This document shows, piece after piece, positions 20,823 to 35,100 of a DNA stretch of 64,000 nucleotides (positions are counted from its first letter, which is position 1; every line of letters starts with the position of its first letter). The position numbers and the translations under genes are program-made. Below the pieces are notes generated by a model. That model saw only the letters and a list, made by a program, of their open reading frames with translations, had not been told where the DNA came from and ran no database searches. Location of the stretch: assembly GCA_905178155.1 (NCBI GenBank), contig CAJINV010000019.1, positions 154,982 to 218,981 of the forward strand. The letters run 5' to 3'. This DNA comes from Amoebophrya sp. A120. Taxonomy: Eukaryota > Protista > Dinoflagellata.

Positions 20823-23800
20823 TCAGTCTTCAAAATTTTCATGAAACACGACTTCGCAGTTTTCCACTTTTTCCGTGAGAAACTTCCATTTTCGCCGGAA
20901 GTGCTGCTCCAGCTCGACCTGCAAAAAAGGCGGATACAGCTCCCATGCGTTTTTCCATTCATGCACGACGACTTTGTGTGTCAGCATATGAATTGCAAAA
21001 GTGTCTGAGTCTGGAAGATTGCAACTTGTCATGGTAAATCTCGAGCATGCAAAAATCTGTGTTGCATGAGTCCCAAAAGCGGTATACTTTTGACCAAGTT
21101 GGAAGGAGGTTTCTCATGCAGGATTGGCATGGCAGAGACCTCGCATAGTCTGTCATGCTAAGTCCCGCATTCCAGACCTCATGGGTCATGGAAAATCTGC
21201 ATGACAAGTCTACACTTTTCCAGACCCAGACATTTTTGCATTTGATACAGCACGCTGCAAGACGATGAACCAGGGCTCGTTCTGTCACCACGCGTGCAGG
21301 TCTTCAATTCCTCTACCACCGGACACAGAAACGGGCCGATAACTCGTGATCCCAGCAACGGGTGCTGAGCCTGTAGCTCCGCCGGCGCAGGGGCCGCAGC
21401 CGGTTGCTGTACCGTAGCTGTATCAGTTGAGATCATCTCTAGTGCACGTGCTTGCCCAGAAGCACCACAAGTGGATCCTTGTTTATCGGTCCTTATCTCG
21501 TCGTCGCTGGAAAGAGAAACACCTTCGTGTTGTATCAAACCCTTCCGCACTTTCCTCTCCAGTGTTTCCCAGATGTAGGAGTAGCGCGTTACTCTCTCTG
21601 GCGCTAGGTTGCTATCCCGCATCTCTTCCAGAGAGAGCGAAACGCGATCCCGCACTGTCTCTAGCAACTCCTGGGCATCTGGCTCCAAGCAACGCAGATC
21701 GGCCGGTAGGCAGTGCGCCGTGGTCTTCAGAAGCAGCAGATCGCTCAGCAGGAAAGAATCCGTTGTTCCTCCGCTGGTCGTGCTGGTGCTCGTCGTCGGC
21801 TGTTGTTTCTTAATAGCCGAACTTGTGTTAGCTCCTGAGCTGCCCTGGTATTCGCCGTCAACAGTTGTAGGAGAACTCTGTTCAACATCTACTTTCAGTT
21901 CCTCTGCCGTCTGATCGTTGCCACCGCCATTTGCAACATTCGGGTACTCCGGATCCTGATCGTTGAGCCTGCCGTTCTCCGTAGCAGTAGGTGGACGACT
22001 CCAGTTCGTAGCACCAACATTGGTAAAAACCATAGGCGAGGACGAGTCGCTTCCCTTCCCGGACTTCCTCCGCAGGTGTTCGACAACCACTCTCTCCTCC
22101 AAAACCTTCAGATTCCACATGCGGAAAAGCCATAGATTGAGTGTCTGCAGCGAAAACCGGTCCTCTACAGCAAGAGTGAACCCCGCACGCAGAAGCAGTT
22201 CGCTGCTCTGCCACCCGTAAATCTTCTTTCGGATTTTCTTGTCAAATTGCGGGGAAAAGGTCCTTTCCGTCCGTTTTGAGGCAAACTTGACGAAAAAGAC
22301 GGAAAAAGTTTTCAAACAGTCGGAATCCAGGTTCGAAAAATGTCGTCCGGCGTGCCGCACAAGCAACTCGAGCAGTTCCTGTTCCTCGTGGCAAAACTTC
22401 GCGGAGAGCAGCGTCCGCAACAGCTGCACTACCTGGTAGCCGCGGAGTTGTCCACAACTATCGATAGAGTCGATAGTCCCGGATGATGTAGTTGAACTTC
22501 CGTCACCTCCCATCGGCCTGGGTGCTGATGAATTTAGCCGGTTTAGCACCTCGGCGAGAAGCAGATCAAAATCAGGAGAGCGGCGCCAACTCCGGGACAT
22601 CGAACTTGAAGACCCTAGCACACCTGCTCTTGAGATCGTGCTGCCGTGCGATAGTGATTGTGATGTGTACTTCTTGTACAGCTTCCCTTTCACGACGGCA
22701 TACACGACATTTACCAAGTCCGAATCCGAAAGCTGGCTCGCGGACTTGACACAGTGACGCAAGAGGCTTTCCGCGGTTTGCAACAGCCATTTTTTTTCCG
22801 TCTTCCGGATCCTTGTTGAGCATTTCGCGCAGGAATGCGCGAGGAGCAGGAGAAACTTCGTCAGCTGCTTGGGGGAAAACGCCGCGGGAACAGCCATCGA
22901 GGCTGGTTCGCTTTTGTCTAACGTCCTCGCACGGGGAGGTTGTGAAGGGCCTTGACGTGTTGAAGAAGGTGGGACACCTTCTTCACGTAAAATGTCCGCG
23001 CTAGAAGTACTCGTCAAGTCTGCATTTGTAGTACCGGTGCTCTTCGCGCGCTTGTTCTTATTTTGATGCGAGCCTAGTGGTGCTTCGCTTGTCTCGCCCG
23101 CGGTAGTACACTCCTCCATATTACCCACCTCGGCAGCCAAAATCTGTTCTCTGCGTCGCCTTTTCCGTGCAGAGTTCCGGTTGTCATTGACAAGAAACGA
23201 GTTCAGACGTGCTTGCTGCGAAGCGGCGGCAGAGCTCGTTGCGGAAAACCGCGTTAGCGCCTCGTCGTCGTCCAGAGTAGAATGGTTTACACCATGAACA
23301 TAGTGGTTGCCTTCGGATCGTCCTACACTGCCATCACTTTCCCCAACTGGTCGTGCATCTTCTTCCCCTCGTCCAAGAGAGAAACCATCAATCTCGGCAG
23401 GCAGAAAGTCTTGTCTCGCCCGTTTGCTGATTTCGCTGGTTAGCTTGGTCCACACGACGTCTAGTTGTTCGGGATCAGTGTTTTCGGCGTTGTGGTCATC
23501 GCGGAATTGATTGTCTGCACCGACACCGAATTTATTTTCGTGTTCATCGAAGAGCGCCGTGTTCTTGGGGAGAGATCGAGCAGATGCAGCACAGCCTCTG
23601 GAAGATGCTGGTGTAGTAGGAGTGTTTTTACTCGCTACAGCTCCTCCACTAGTATTTTTCCAACGTGCGTTTTCTCTTGCAGTTTGGTTGTTCATCAAGT
23701 TCGCCAGATTTTTGCATGTGTATTGGTACAGCTCGTGATTGCTCATAAGATTGACGAGTTGTGCCTCGTGCAGTGGTTGTGATTTATTCTTCGTTTCATC

Positions 23801-24034
23801 ATCTCCAACCCCGTTTTGTCTTCCGGTCACGGATGCAGTCCGCGCACTATCAAACAAACTAGCCGGGTCGCCGGTAAAGATATCACCTGCTGGAACCGCC
23901 CCTGTCGGATCGCGCTTATCTGGCAAACGCAGCGACGCAATCGATCTGGCGGTGGTTCTCGGCCGTCCAGTGATCACACCACGAACACCACGTCGCGGAC
24001 AAGGGAACGGCACTATTCGCGATTGAGGTAACAT
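20823..24034 (-). CDS. Large hypothetical protein, possibly organelle-targeted with a C-terminal RAP-like domain
   Basis: The long ORF 21179-24253 (first plausible ATG at 24034, Arg-rich MLPQSRIVPFPCPRRGVRG) runs into an introner. Removing 20987-21247 plus one TSD continues the frame into LTHKVVVHEWKNAWELY...RRKWKFLTEKVENCEVVFHENFED*. The RAP call is a weak impression. Confidence 0.6.
20987..21247. mobile_element. Family-A introner
   Basis: TATGAATTGCAAAAGTGTCTGAGTCTGGAA...TTCCAGACCCAGACATTTTTGCATTTGATA; TSD cagca/cagca. Confidence 0.9.
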
Positions 24035-25792
24035 GATGCGGAACGTGGCGCGCACCTGCAGGCAGGTTTTATTTTCCTGCAGAGTCACTATTCTGTTGGT
24101 GGCGATGGCAACCTTGGCTGCGCTGAGTTCTACCGTGCGCCCAGAAAAATCTCTCTTGTTGATCACTAGCAGCAGAAGATGAGTTCCGGACTGAAGTAGA
24201 CGACAGGACACTACCCAAGGAGAGCCGAGCACTCGACGAAAACCAGTGAACACGAACCAAGGTAACGAAAATAAAGAAGCAGAGTTTTGGCAGGATCTGC
24301 ATACATATGTTCCACGAACGAAGGAACAATCTCGCGGAATGCCGGTCGGCGGGCCGGCTGCGTGGGTGCAACACCGGCCCCCGGCGCCCTTCGTTCCTAG
24401 GTAAGAAAGTAATTTGCTGGGACCGGCGGCCGGGCCCTGCTTCCTGGCTAGCCTCCACCCCAGCCCCCACTAGCGCCACGCCCGGAATGCCATCCGCACA
24501 GGAAGGCACGCACGCAGACTGACAGGCAAGGAGGCGAGCCCGGCCCCCCTGCCTCTTTCTATCGCGGGGCCGAGCGCGGCGGCATTGGGGCGCGGGCGAT
24601 GGGCGCACCCAGGAGCGCGCCGCCAGGCACAGAGCCCAAGACCGCCGGCGGGCTCGCGCCCGGGCTGGCGCGCGTATATGGGGCCCGGGCGCCTAGTGGC
24701 CTGGCGGGGGCAGCCCCGGCAAGCTAGAGAATGGCCGGCGGTCCGTCTCGTTACTTCTTTGGCCTGTTTCCTTGCGCTGCCGGCCTCATACGTGCGGGGG
24801 CATCTCGGTCGAGCTGTTCCAGGTTGGAACGCTGGAGCGAAGGAAGGGCCGCGGCTGGCGCGCCACGAAGGGGGGCCCGAAGGAATGGCCGCGGCTGGCG
24901 CGCCTGCTAGGCTCGAGAGGTTCGCGCGGAAGGCAGGCAGCCGGCCGCGGCCGGCCAAACAACACCGCCGGCGCGAAAGCCCCCGCGCGGCCGCCATAAC
25001 AGAAGAGAACCGGCGCCCAAGCCGGGCCCGCGGTGGCCGCGGGCGCGGACCAAATGCCGCGGGCGACTGCATTGCACTCCCTTCGGCGGCAGTTGGGGCG
25101 ACGGGCCACCTCATCGCCAAAGACCCCCCGGCCGGGCAGGGTGCTTAAGTTCGCGACTGCTGGCTAGCAGGTACCTGCGCAGCTAAACCCGGTCCAGCCA
25201 CCGGGCCACCGGAGGCAAAGAAAGTCGGGGCCTATTGATCAACAGCCTTGACGCAGCTTCGAAAACAACCATGACGAACACCGCACGATAGCGTTCCTTT
25301 TCCAAGAGAAGACGCGGCGAAAACGCCCCTCAGAAATGGGTCGCAGGGCTGGGCAAGTTCAAGTGCCGCCACTTCATGCCCCTCACTTGTTCACCTCTGC
25401 TTTTTTGTTCTGAACAGGGCGCAAGTCAACATTTAAGCGTGCGAGGGTTGTATTACATTCATATGGGGGAATTATATTGCCGCGCAACTTCTTTCTGGGA
25501 AGTAGAAGTAGTCGTTTGTTTCGCTTCGAGGATGCCGAGGCCTTTGTTGAGGGAGTATTTCGCAACAACAAACAAGAGTTCCAATATGGAATCTTCACCA
25601 TCATCGATTTTCATTTTGTTTTGATGATAGCAAGGTCTTGTCCAGCAAATGACCCCTGCGTTGAGTATAGCTCATACTCATTAATTTGTATGCTTCAGTT
25701 GCGCCCTGGTCCTGATCTTACTTTGCAAAGAAGATCACAGAAAGTGAGACCTTCAACTTCAAGCGATCGAAGGAATAGATACGTCAGTGTAA

Positions 25793-25931
25793 ACTGAAGT
25801 AGAAAAACAAAGAATCCTAGGTAAGTGATCAGCTGTAAAACTGCAGCCCTTCCCGGGTGAGAAAGCCGGCAGTTTTATGCTGACACCACACTAAAATTTT
25901 GTACTGAAGTAGAAAAACAAAGAATCCTAGG
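25793..25931. repeat. 29-bp exact direct repeat, period 110 bp
   Basis: actgaagtagaaaaacaaagaatcctagg at 25793 and 25903. Confidence 0.85.
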
Positions 25932-26128
25932 ATATTACAATCCAAACCCAGAATACAAAGTGTAATTCCAAATTTGCCTGTAACACAATTCTAGTACTTG
26001 TCGCGTCGTCTTTTTAGAAGCGAAGGAGCTCGTCGTAATCAGTATTAACAACATCGAGCTACCTTTCATTACTCTATCCTCCCCACTACAACTTCTACCT
26101 CTTCGACCCACCTCTCCTTTTTCTTTTT

Positions 26129-29100
26129 TCATTCGGTCCACTTTTTCCGCAGCAACTTCGAGCATTCTTCCACAAAAACGTCATCCTTCGCCCCGTGGTC
26201 GTCTATCGCGGCCTGCACCGCGTCCTTCACTTTCTGCAGCACGGGATCCTTCAACTTGTCTGCCGGAATTTGGTCCAACGTGCAGGCCAGGGCCTGGCGG
26301 TACCCGTCCTGCTTCTCCGGGGAGCAGTTCGCGGCGCCGCTGGCTTGACAGGAGAGGTTATTCGCGAGTTCTTGCAGAAGGGAATCGGTCCTTGGGTTCA
26401 GCACAACCAAGACGCCGAGGGACTCCGCAGCCTTGGACCGAACCTGGTGCGAAATAGACAATTTTTTGAGGGAGAAATTTTCTACGAGTAAAAAACTTGT
26501 TGTAAATGCTGGCACAACAACATCCTAAGCAGGTCGCTGTGTCTGTCATTCTGACTGTCAACTAGAACTACCTACTGCAGGTCTAGGCAAAAAAGTTTTG
26601 CAAAGCCCTTCCCGAAACTTATAACCAGAACAAAAATTATACCTCTCCACTCGTAGCGTCCGTGAGACACTTCAGATACGTCGTCTGCAACTGCGGCAGG
26701 AAGGGCCGCAAGGACGCGCCTCCCTTCTTCAGCAACAGTTCCAGCGTCTCCAAGATCGCGATTCGTACGTTCGGCGGAAACCGGTCCCCGACAATCCGGA
26801 TCAGCGGCCCAGTGATTTTCACCACGTACGGCTTCAACGCCGCTTCCGTTGTGTGATCCACTAACTCTCCCAACCCCTTCGCAGTATGCATTGCAAATAT
26901 ATCTGGGTTTGGAAAGATGCAAGGTTTGTCATGCTTGGCTAACAGGACTCTCAAGTCTGTCATGCGGGTTACTCAAAAGCCTCATCCTTTTGTCATGCAG
27001 GAGCTCACTTTGTCGTGCAGAATAGACAACACTGTGGCGCCTCCAAAACTTGTCATACTTGGCAGTCAATCGAGCCGTCGTGGTCGTCTTTCTCCACCAG
27101 CATCACAAGTTTCCACTTCCAGACCCGGACATATTTGTAATGCATACGCAGCTAACAACCGCAATTCGTTGGACCCGTACATCAGTCCGTGCTGGTAGAT
27201 ATGCATTGCAGAAGTATCGTACTCGTACAAATGCTATGCATTACAAATTTCCTCAGCATGAGAAACACAATTTCTAATGCAGATTTACCTTCGGGAACAA
27301 AATTTGCAATGCAAGACTTGCATTTGTACGAGTACGATACTTTTGCAGAGCATAGTAGATCGGATAGAAGGGTTCTAACCCGTTCGGCAACGCCAAACCG
27401 GGGAGCTATTACAGTGAAAAGTGCCCCCCACCCCTGAAATTGCAATAATTTGTGATGCAAAGTTTCCAAATGAAAGGTTTTTGTCATGCATAAAAGGAGT
27501 ATGAATCTTTGTGATGCAGAGTCTAGGTGTGTGTCGCAGCGCTTGCATGACAAGCGCCGCTCTTGCTGGGATCTTTTGCAATACAAATTTTTGCTATTCA
27601 CGATCGGAAATCTGTCATGCTGATACATGCTAGGGGGCGCATGTTTCATTTGGAAAGGTTTGCAATACAAATGCTCCCAAGTTCGGGGGTGGGGGCGTTT
27701 TTCATTGCAATAGGAGCGTCATGCCCTTTTGTTCGGTCGATTTCGTACCCGATTTGTCGGTGACGGACGCTTCTTTGAGGATTAATTCCCGCACCTGCTC
27801 GAGGTACAGGGATTGGTCCTCTTTTTTCGCCATTTTCGTTAACGCTTGGAAGGCCTTGAAGTTCTCCTTCAGGGCAAACTCATCCGGGTCGGAAACCGCG
27901 ATCGGGAGCAGCGTGTCCAGGATCAGGTCCATGATACCTTGGATTTCATAAGTGGAAGTACTCGTATTGCAGTCATGCATTACAAATGCTGTTCCTAAGG
28001 TGGATCCGCATTACAAATTTCATTTCTCATGCTGAGGGAATTTGTAATGCATTTATACGAGTACGAGAGTTTTGCGCAGGATAGTAAATTTCCATGCGTA
28101 TACCGAACAACTTGAGTTCGTCACGCACACACAGCATGGCACATATATTTCAACGAGCACCTCCTTCACACGTATTGAAAAAGACATTGATTAATCTTAC
28201 TTGGCATCTCCGCGTTGGTCTCTTCAAAAAAGACCCTCAATAAAATCCCGCCCGCCGCACGCATCCTGCCCCGCTTCGAGGATAAGCACTGCCCCAACTC
28301 GCCCAATATGATGTTCGATCCCGTGCTCGTCACCTTCTGCAGCAATTTCCGCCCCGCCTCAACTGCGTCATCGATAAAGTCTGCCTGGTCTTCGCTCGCC
28401 AAGGTTTCCAGAATTGGTTCTAACACGTCGGTGATATGGCGGTAAAACAAATGTTCGTCTTCCAACTTCGACAGGGTCGACAATCCGTACAATTGCGCCG
28501 CACTTTGCCACGGCGGCCCGGCTTTGGGTAGCGTTTCTAGAATCACCGGCAGAACCATGTTCGACTGCCGCTGCAGCAACTGTTCCAGGCCGTCGAGACA
28601 TCTCGTGTCGCCCTTGGACAAGCCCTTCAGCAAGCCAGTAATGATCGGATTCGTCGCGGAGGTTCCGACGGAAGAGTAGAGTAACGCCGCGACTTTCGAA
28701 GCGGCGTTGCGGACCGATTCGGAGTTGTCGCACAAAGCTTGTCTCACCGCGGGAACAAGCTCCGAAACGTAGTCGACGAGCAGTTGGCGGGAGCAGTTGT
28801 TGATTAACTCTGTTAATCCAATACAGACACCCTCGCGGACCTGTAGACGAGGTTGATTTTATGTTCATTTTAATATGCGTGATGTTACTGTTTTCAGTGA
28901 AGCTCCTGTAGCTGCGCACGATACATAGCACTGTGAAGATTGTGTGCATGCATAAGTAAGACCTGTTTTCATCATCAGACTGTGTGATTCTTTGTAAGTA
29001 CGTCGTCACTGAAGTTTATTCGGGAGTAGACCAGCCGCACCTGAAAAAGACCCAGCGGAGAACCCCTCCGACGGATCAACTTCGTGGTACAAGACTGGAA

Positions 29101-32100
29101 AAATCTCGAATTATCAGCATCTACTATCCAGGATCTGCTTCTGTCATCATGATGGTTCATCTCTTGTACCACTGCGGTGGTCATCTGTGATCATGTGTGT
29201 ACGGCACCGTGAATTAGAATTATCTCCCATGTTGAACAAGATGCTAAACCTAAAACGCGCATCATCAACAACACAAGTAAAAATACCAATTCCGTGCTTC
29301 CGTCTGTCGTCAGTGCTTTGAAGAAGATCGGCATGAGTTCTGGCAACACTCTGTCGCCCAACTTCCCCACCAATTCTCCCACGCACCGACTTGCGCACAC
29401 CTGTTTCTCCTTCGAAGCGGAGGCAAGCAAGTGGATCAGTCTTCGCATTAGAATCGGCAGTAACTCCCGGACGCACCGCGGCGTGTTCTGCACGAGTTGC
29501 TTCCAAGCCGACGTGGCCGCGTGCTTCACCGCACCAGACTCGTCGGATCGGACAATGTACAGGGAGGACAACACGTAAGCGCGACGCTCCGGGGGCATTA
29601 CCTGATTGTTTTTGATCATCATGATATCGTGGGTTCACGCAAGACAAATCTTCGACGTTTCGAACGTCGGGCGCCGATAAAGCTGTGATGCACACAATTA
29701 CGCATGACAAGAAGCAAATGTCATGCCAAAACTGCATCCGAAGCTATAGCCCTTAAGTACCTCCGCGCTCATGAGATCCACGTTATTCGTATTCATCCGG
29801 TTCGCCTTCAGCACTGACTCAATCACGTTCATCAGCAGCAGCACGGACGCGTGGCGTATCCTGTAGTCCACCTCAAACAGCCCCTCCTCCAAAGGTGGCA
29901 AAATCAGCGCCGTGTAGGTCGCGCCAAACTGCTTGCAAATACTGCTCGCCGCGCGGAACGCGACATCCCGCACCGTTTGGTACTCTTCCTGCATACCGCG
30001 CAGTAAGCCATCCAGCGCCCGTTGGAACCACTTCTCGAACGACTTCCCGCCCATCGTCAGGGGCAAGTAGACGAACAAGCCCAGGTACCCCTCCTTCACC
30101 TCTGGTGGGGTGTTTGGCGCCGCGGCAGTTTCTAACAAATCGGGTAAGAAAGCGTCGACTCGGTTGGCCCCGAGTGCCATCAATACTTCCGACAAGCCGT
30201 GCGCCGCACCGGACCGTTCCACGGGGGATTCCTTGGATTTCAGCATGGTGAATAACCATGGAAGCAAATCGCCGAGTAATTCCTCCGGCAGACCCTGGGC
30301 GAGGGTGCCGAAGGCTTTGGCGGAGGTGGCGCGGACGTCCGGGATGGGGTCCACGAGGGTGATTTTTAGGGCTGGGAGGAGAACCGGTAAGTGCGGTTGA
30401 ATGTCCTTGGGCTCCTTGATAAGGAGAACCATGGAACCGATGATTTGGGCACCTGGAGGTGTGATAAAATTTATTTTTTTTTGAGCAGAGCCGTTTGTTC
30501 CAAATGCAAGAAGTGTTGATGCCCCCGCCCTGAAAAACAATCATCAACATCAAATTGCTGCAAGTCGCAACAATCAATGGACGAAGTACTTGGTTGTGCA
30601 GACTATTTTCAGAACAGCGGAGAAATGTTGTCAACAAACTGCAACTTCCGAAAAGTCCCAATTCAGTTCTGTTGAGCTTGAATAGATGAGAAGTCATCAT
30701 TCTCTTGTGTACTTTGTTTCCATCGATCTCATGCACAACCAATGAGAACCAAGCGCAGTCGGTGATGCTGATGCGTAAAGCGCAAAAATATAAACGTACC
30801 TTTCCTCTTCATTTCCGCACTTCTCTCGCGCAGGGCCCGCAAGACCAGTGGACACAGCAAAGCCAGCGACGGCGCGTCCACGTTGTGCACGAAACTGGTC
30901 GTCAGCAAGGAATCCAGCGCTTTTCTCGTGCTGTTCTCCGTCACGGTGGAGAGACAGGTCAATAACTGCGGCGCTAATTGCCGGATCTCCGGATTCGAGA
31001 TCACTTGTCCCACGCGCTCCATCGCGAGTTTAGCCGCGTCTTTGACCTTGGCGTGCGTGTCGTTCACCACTTCCGCGAGGACTGGCACCACCTTGGGTAA
31101 AGACACCGCGAGCTGCTTCGGCGCACCTTGCACCATCGAGGCCAGCATTTCGATAGACGCCAGCTTCGTGCGCCACTGCTTGTCATCGATACCTAGAGTG
31201 AATATATGTGAAATTTTGATTTTTGTTGATCATGCCAAGAACATCAATTCTACGATGAACGGACACGAGTTTGCGATTTTTGTGCTGATCTTCATGCATA
31301 TTTACATGGAATCGATCTGTATCTGATCTATGAAAAACTCAAAAAAAATCACTCCTCAGCCAGTTGTAACACGTAGTTGTACCTTCCAGCAAATGCGGCA
31401 GCACCAATTTGACTCCGTGCGCGCTCAAATTTCCCATAATCGCCTTGGCCGTCGACTGCGTCGCGGTCCGCACAATCGGCGCGGAATCCGCAAAAGCCTT
31501 CAACAAGATCGGCAATGTCGCGATCACATAGGGTTCAAACAACCGTCCGAGAGATCGCGTCAACCCCTCCAGGCACATGATCGCTCCCTGCTTCGCCTGG
31601 GAGTTTGACTGCTTGCCGTTAACGATCTGCTCGATCTTGCTCATAATGTCGAATTGCTTCAAGGTCTGGATCGACAACCCCTTGACCACCGCCCCAAGCG
31701 CCAACGCCGCGCCTCTTCTGACTGTCTCAACCTTATCGGTAAACGCGACGTCGAGCAGATCCAATAACTTCGATTCAATTGTCGACTTCGAGTCCAACGG
31801 GATATCGGGGTCGGAAGTCAGTTTCGCGTTCTTCTCCACTTGCAATTGCATCTTGATCAAGGGCGGCAGAACCTTCACGACGGCGAGTTGCATATGGATT
31901 GCAAATAGGTCTGGGTCTGGACTTGTAATGCTAAAAGTGAATGATAGACGCATTGCGATACGCAGCTATGCATGACAATTAATTTGGCTGCCATGTCCTA
32001 CGTATTCCGCATGGCAAACTTCGTTTTTGCATGACAGGTAAGAGGACTTTTTCGTGCCTATGCAACACAGATTCTCGAGTCATACCAAACAAGCATGACA

Positions 32101-35100
32101 AACTTGCACTCTTCCAGACCCAGACAATTTTGCATTTGATATTGCACCGAGTTGGACGATTTCGCGTCCAAACACTGGGTGAATAACCTCGGTAAAATCG
32201 CCCTCGTGCTGTCCGAATTTGGGTTCAAAAACTTTCCCAGCGCGCCGGAAAAGACCGCGGACCCAAGTTGCGATCCCTCAGGAGTAATTGCCGCGATTTC
32301 CAACTCATCGACAATTTTCGCGAGTTTCTCCCCCTGTGATTCCCCCAACACCTCGATCAACGCGGTTCCCGACGCGATCAAAAGCTCCCGGAGGTCGCCG
32401 AAAAGTTGGATGGCCGGGTCGATTTCTTCCAGTTCGGGAGAAGATTTGTTTTCGTCCTTTTTGTCGTCCTTCTTCACAGACCGAACGTCTTCGATGGTAG
32501 ATTTCTCCTTGACTTCCAAATCCTGCAAGCGGTCGTCGTGTAAAGCCACGTGCAGTAAGAATCGTAAGAAATCCTCCCCCGTCGTCCCGTCCGCAATGCT
32601 CGCGGGTGGAAGTTGCACGAGGTTGTTGTGAGACAAGATGTGTTTGAACAGCAAAACCAACCCGTATTTCGCGGTCCAGTATTGCTTGCGGTTGATCTCA
32701 TCTAACTCCTCGATCTCCTTCTCCAGAGCGGACTTCGGCGCGTTGCTCCCGGTCAAAAACTTTTTCGCCTCGACCGCGGCCTTCTTGTCTTCCGCGAGTT
32801 TGTCCTTTTTGAGTTTCAAATTCAAATAGAACTCTTGCTGTTTCAGGATTTCGCTGGTATACGCTTGTTTCAAAATGTCGAATGCATTCCGCACGTAGTC
32901 CTCATTCGTCTCGAGCGGTCGGCCCGTTTTGCACAAGGACTTGGCTTGGGTGTTAATTCTGTACTGCTTCTCTTGCACCAGTTCCAACAGTTTCAGCATC
33001 GCCAGCCCGCCGAGCTTCTGGATCTCCCGGGCTTCGACGATGGGGGCGGGGAGGATTCCCTTGATGATTTCCAGCAGGTCGGGAAGAACTGTCGTAGTTG
33101 CGTCAAGACTGTCGGTCAACCCGAACGATTCGTAAATTTCCGCGGCAAGGGACTGGTCGGATGAACTTGGGTTATTTTTACCATCTGTATTCCCGTTTCG
33201 CATTCCGTCGTCTTCATCGTGGTTGTCGTTTCCAGCTGCACTTCCTCCCCCACTTCCAGCGCTTTCACAGAGCCCGATCAGCAAAACCGCGTGGAACGCT
33301 TGCCTCGCGGTAGTCGTCTTCATTACGTAATAGTTCTGCAGCAACGCCGCGATACCGGGGAGCAAAACTACCTTCCGTGCTTTCTCACTGCACTGCAGAT
33401 ACATCCTTGCTAGCTTCTTGCACTCCTTTTCCGTCGCCACTAACCGCTTGCAGATCACCTCCAGTGTGTCCTTGCAGTTCATCGCAATGCGGGGTAGTTT
33501 ATAGATGCAGGAGAACAGCCCTTCAAGCAGGTTCATCCGGATCTCGGTCGTCAACAGCGTCAGTTGCGTTTCCGACACAATCGACAACTGCCGCGCTAGG
33601 ATTTGCAATGCGAGCGAGCAGAGAGACTCAGATTTACTGTCCGCCTCTTGCAGAATCTGGATCAAGACAGGGACGAGGAACGAAAACCCGCCGGCGGTCA
33701 GTGGATTTTCGTGACTCACGCCGTGGAGAAGTGTGAGGAGCTGGGATTGCTGCCGATCGTTGCTGTTTTCGCTACCTTCTTGCTCGTTCTCAGCAGTCGT
33801 GTTTTCATTCAGCAACTCTTCGCTTGTACTATCTCCTTCTCCCACAGCAGAGACTATCGCCGATCTGATGTCCACCAACGGCAGCGGCTTCACGTGCTTA
33901 CATTTCACGTCCCGCGCGATCTCGTTTCGCGCGACGAGTTGCAGGATATCCGGTAGTATCAAATGCAAAAATGTCTGGGTCTGGAAGAATGCATGTTTGT
34001 CATGCTTGTCTGGCATGACTCTTAAATCTGTCATGCACGTTACCCACGCGCCCCATTTTTCTGTGACGCAGAAACGTCGTTTGTCATGCGGAATAGGCAA
34101 CACCTAGAAGCTCAGAAACTTGTCATGCTGAGCCAGCACTTGTGGCCTCATCATGAGACGCCACCCAGCATCACAAGTTTCCAGACCCAGACATTTTTAC
34201 ATTTGATAGGTAGCAGACATCTTGTACTGATCACCTGCTTCGGCACCACGGATTGGCATCAAACGCAAAAATGTCTGGGTCTGGAAGAATGCAAATTTGT
34301 AATGCTCGTCTGGCATGACTCTTAAATCTGTCATGCACATTACCAAAGACCCCCACTTTTCTGTCATGCAGAAACGTAGTTTGTCATGCAGAATAGGCAA
34401 CACCTAGAAGCTCAGAAACTTGTCATGCTGCGCCAGCACTTGTGGCCTCTTCATGATACGCCACCCAGCATCACAAGTTTCCAGACCCAGACATTTTTAC
34501 AATTCATAATTGGACGAAGGAGCGGATCCGCGCGACGGTGGATAACGCGGTCAGTGGGGAACCTAACAGAATCACCAAAGAGGGTAAAAGCTCCGGCACG
34601 TGCTTTTCCAACAGAGAAATGGTCCCCCCGCTAGAAGTATTAAATGTAAAAATGTCTGGGTCTGGAAACTTGTGATGCTGGGCGGCGTCTCATGATGAGG
34701 CCACAAATGGTGGCTCAGCATGACAAGTTTCTGAGCTTCTAGTCGTGTTGCCTATTCTGCATGACAAACTGCGTTTCTGCATCACAGAAAAAAAGAGCTC
34801 CTGGGTGCCGTGCATGACAGATTTAAGAATCATGCCAGACAAGCATGACAAACATCAATTCTTCCAGACCCAGACATTTTTACAGTTGATAAGAAGTTGT
34901 CTGGGACTTTTGTGGGATGAAACTGAAGGAAGAAAACATATCCTGTGCAAAAGTATCGTACTCGTAGTAATTGCAGTTATGCATTACAAACCTCTTTCTC
35001 ATAGGCAAATCCGCATTACAAATTTAATTTGTAACGCTGGGCCAATTTGTATTTCAATTTATACTAGTACGATACTTTTGCATTTCATAAAACAAGTCGA

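Noticed and set aside
24069-25148. Overlapping 180-216 aa ORFs in the GC-rich island
   Set aside because: They are Arg/Pro/Ala/Gly-rich in all frames, as expected from stop-codon depletion in high-GC DNA.
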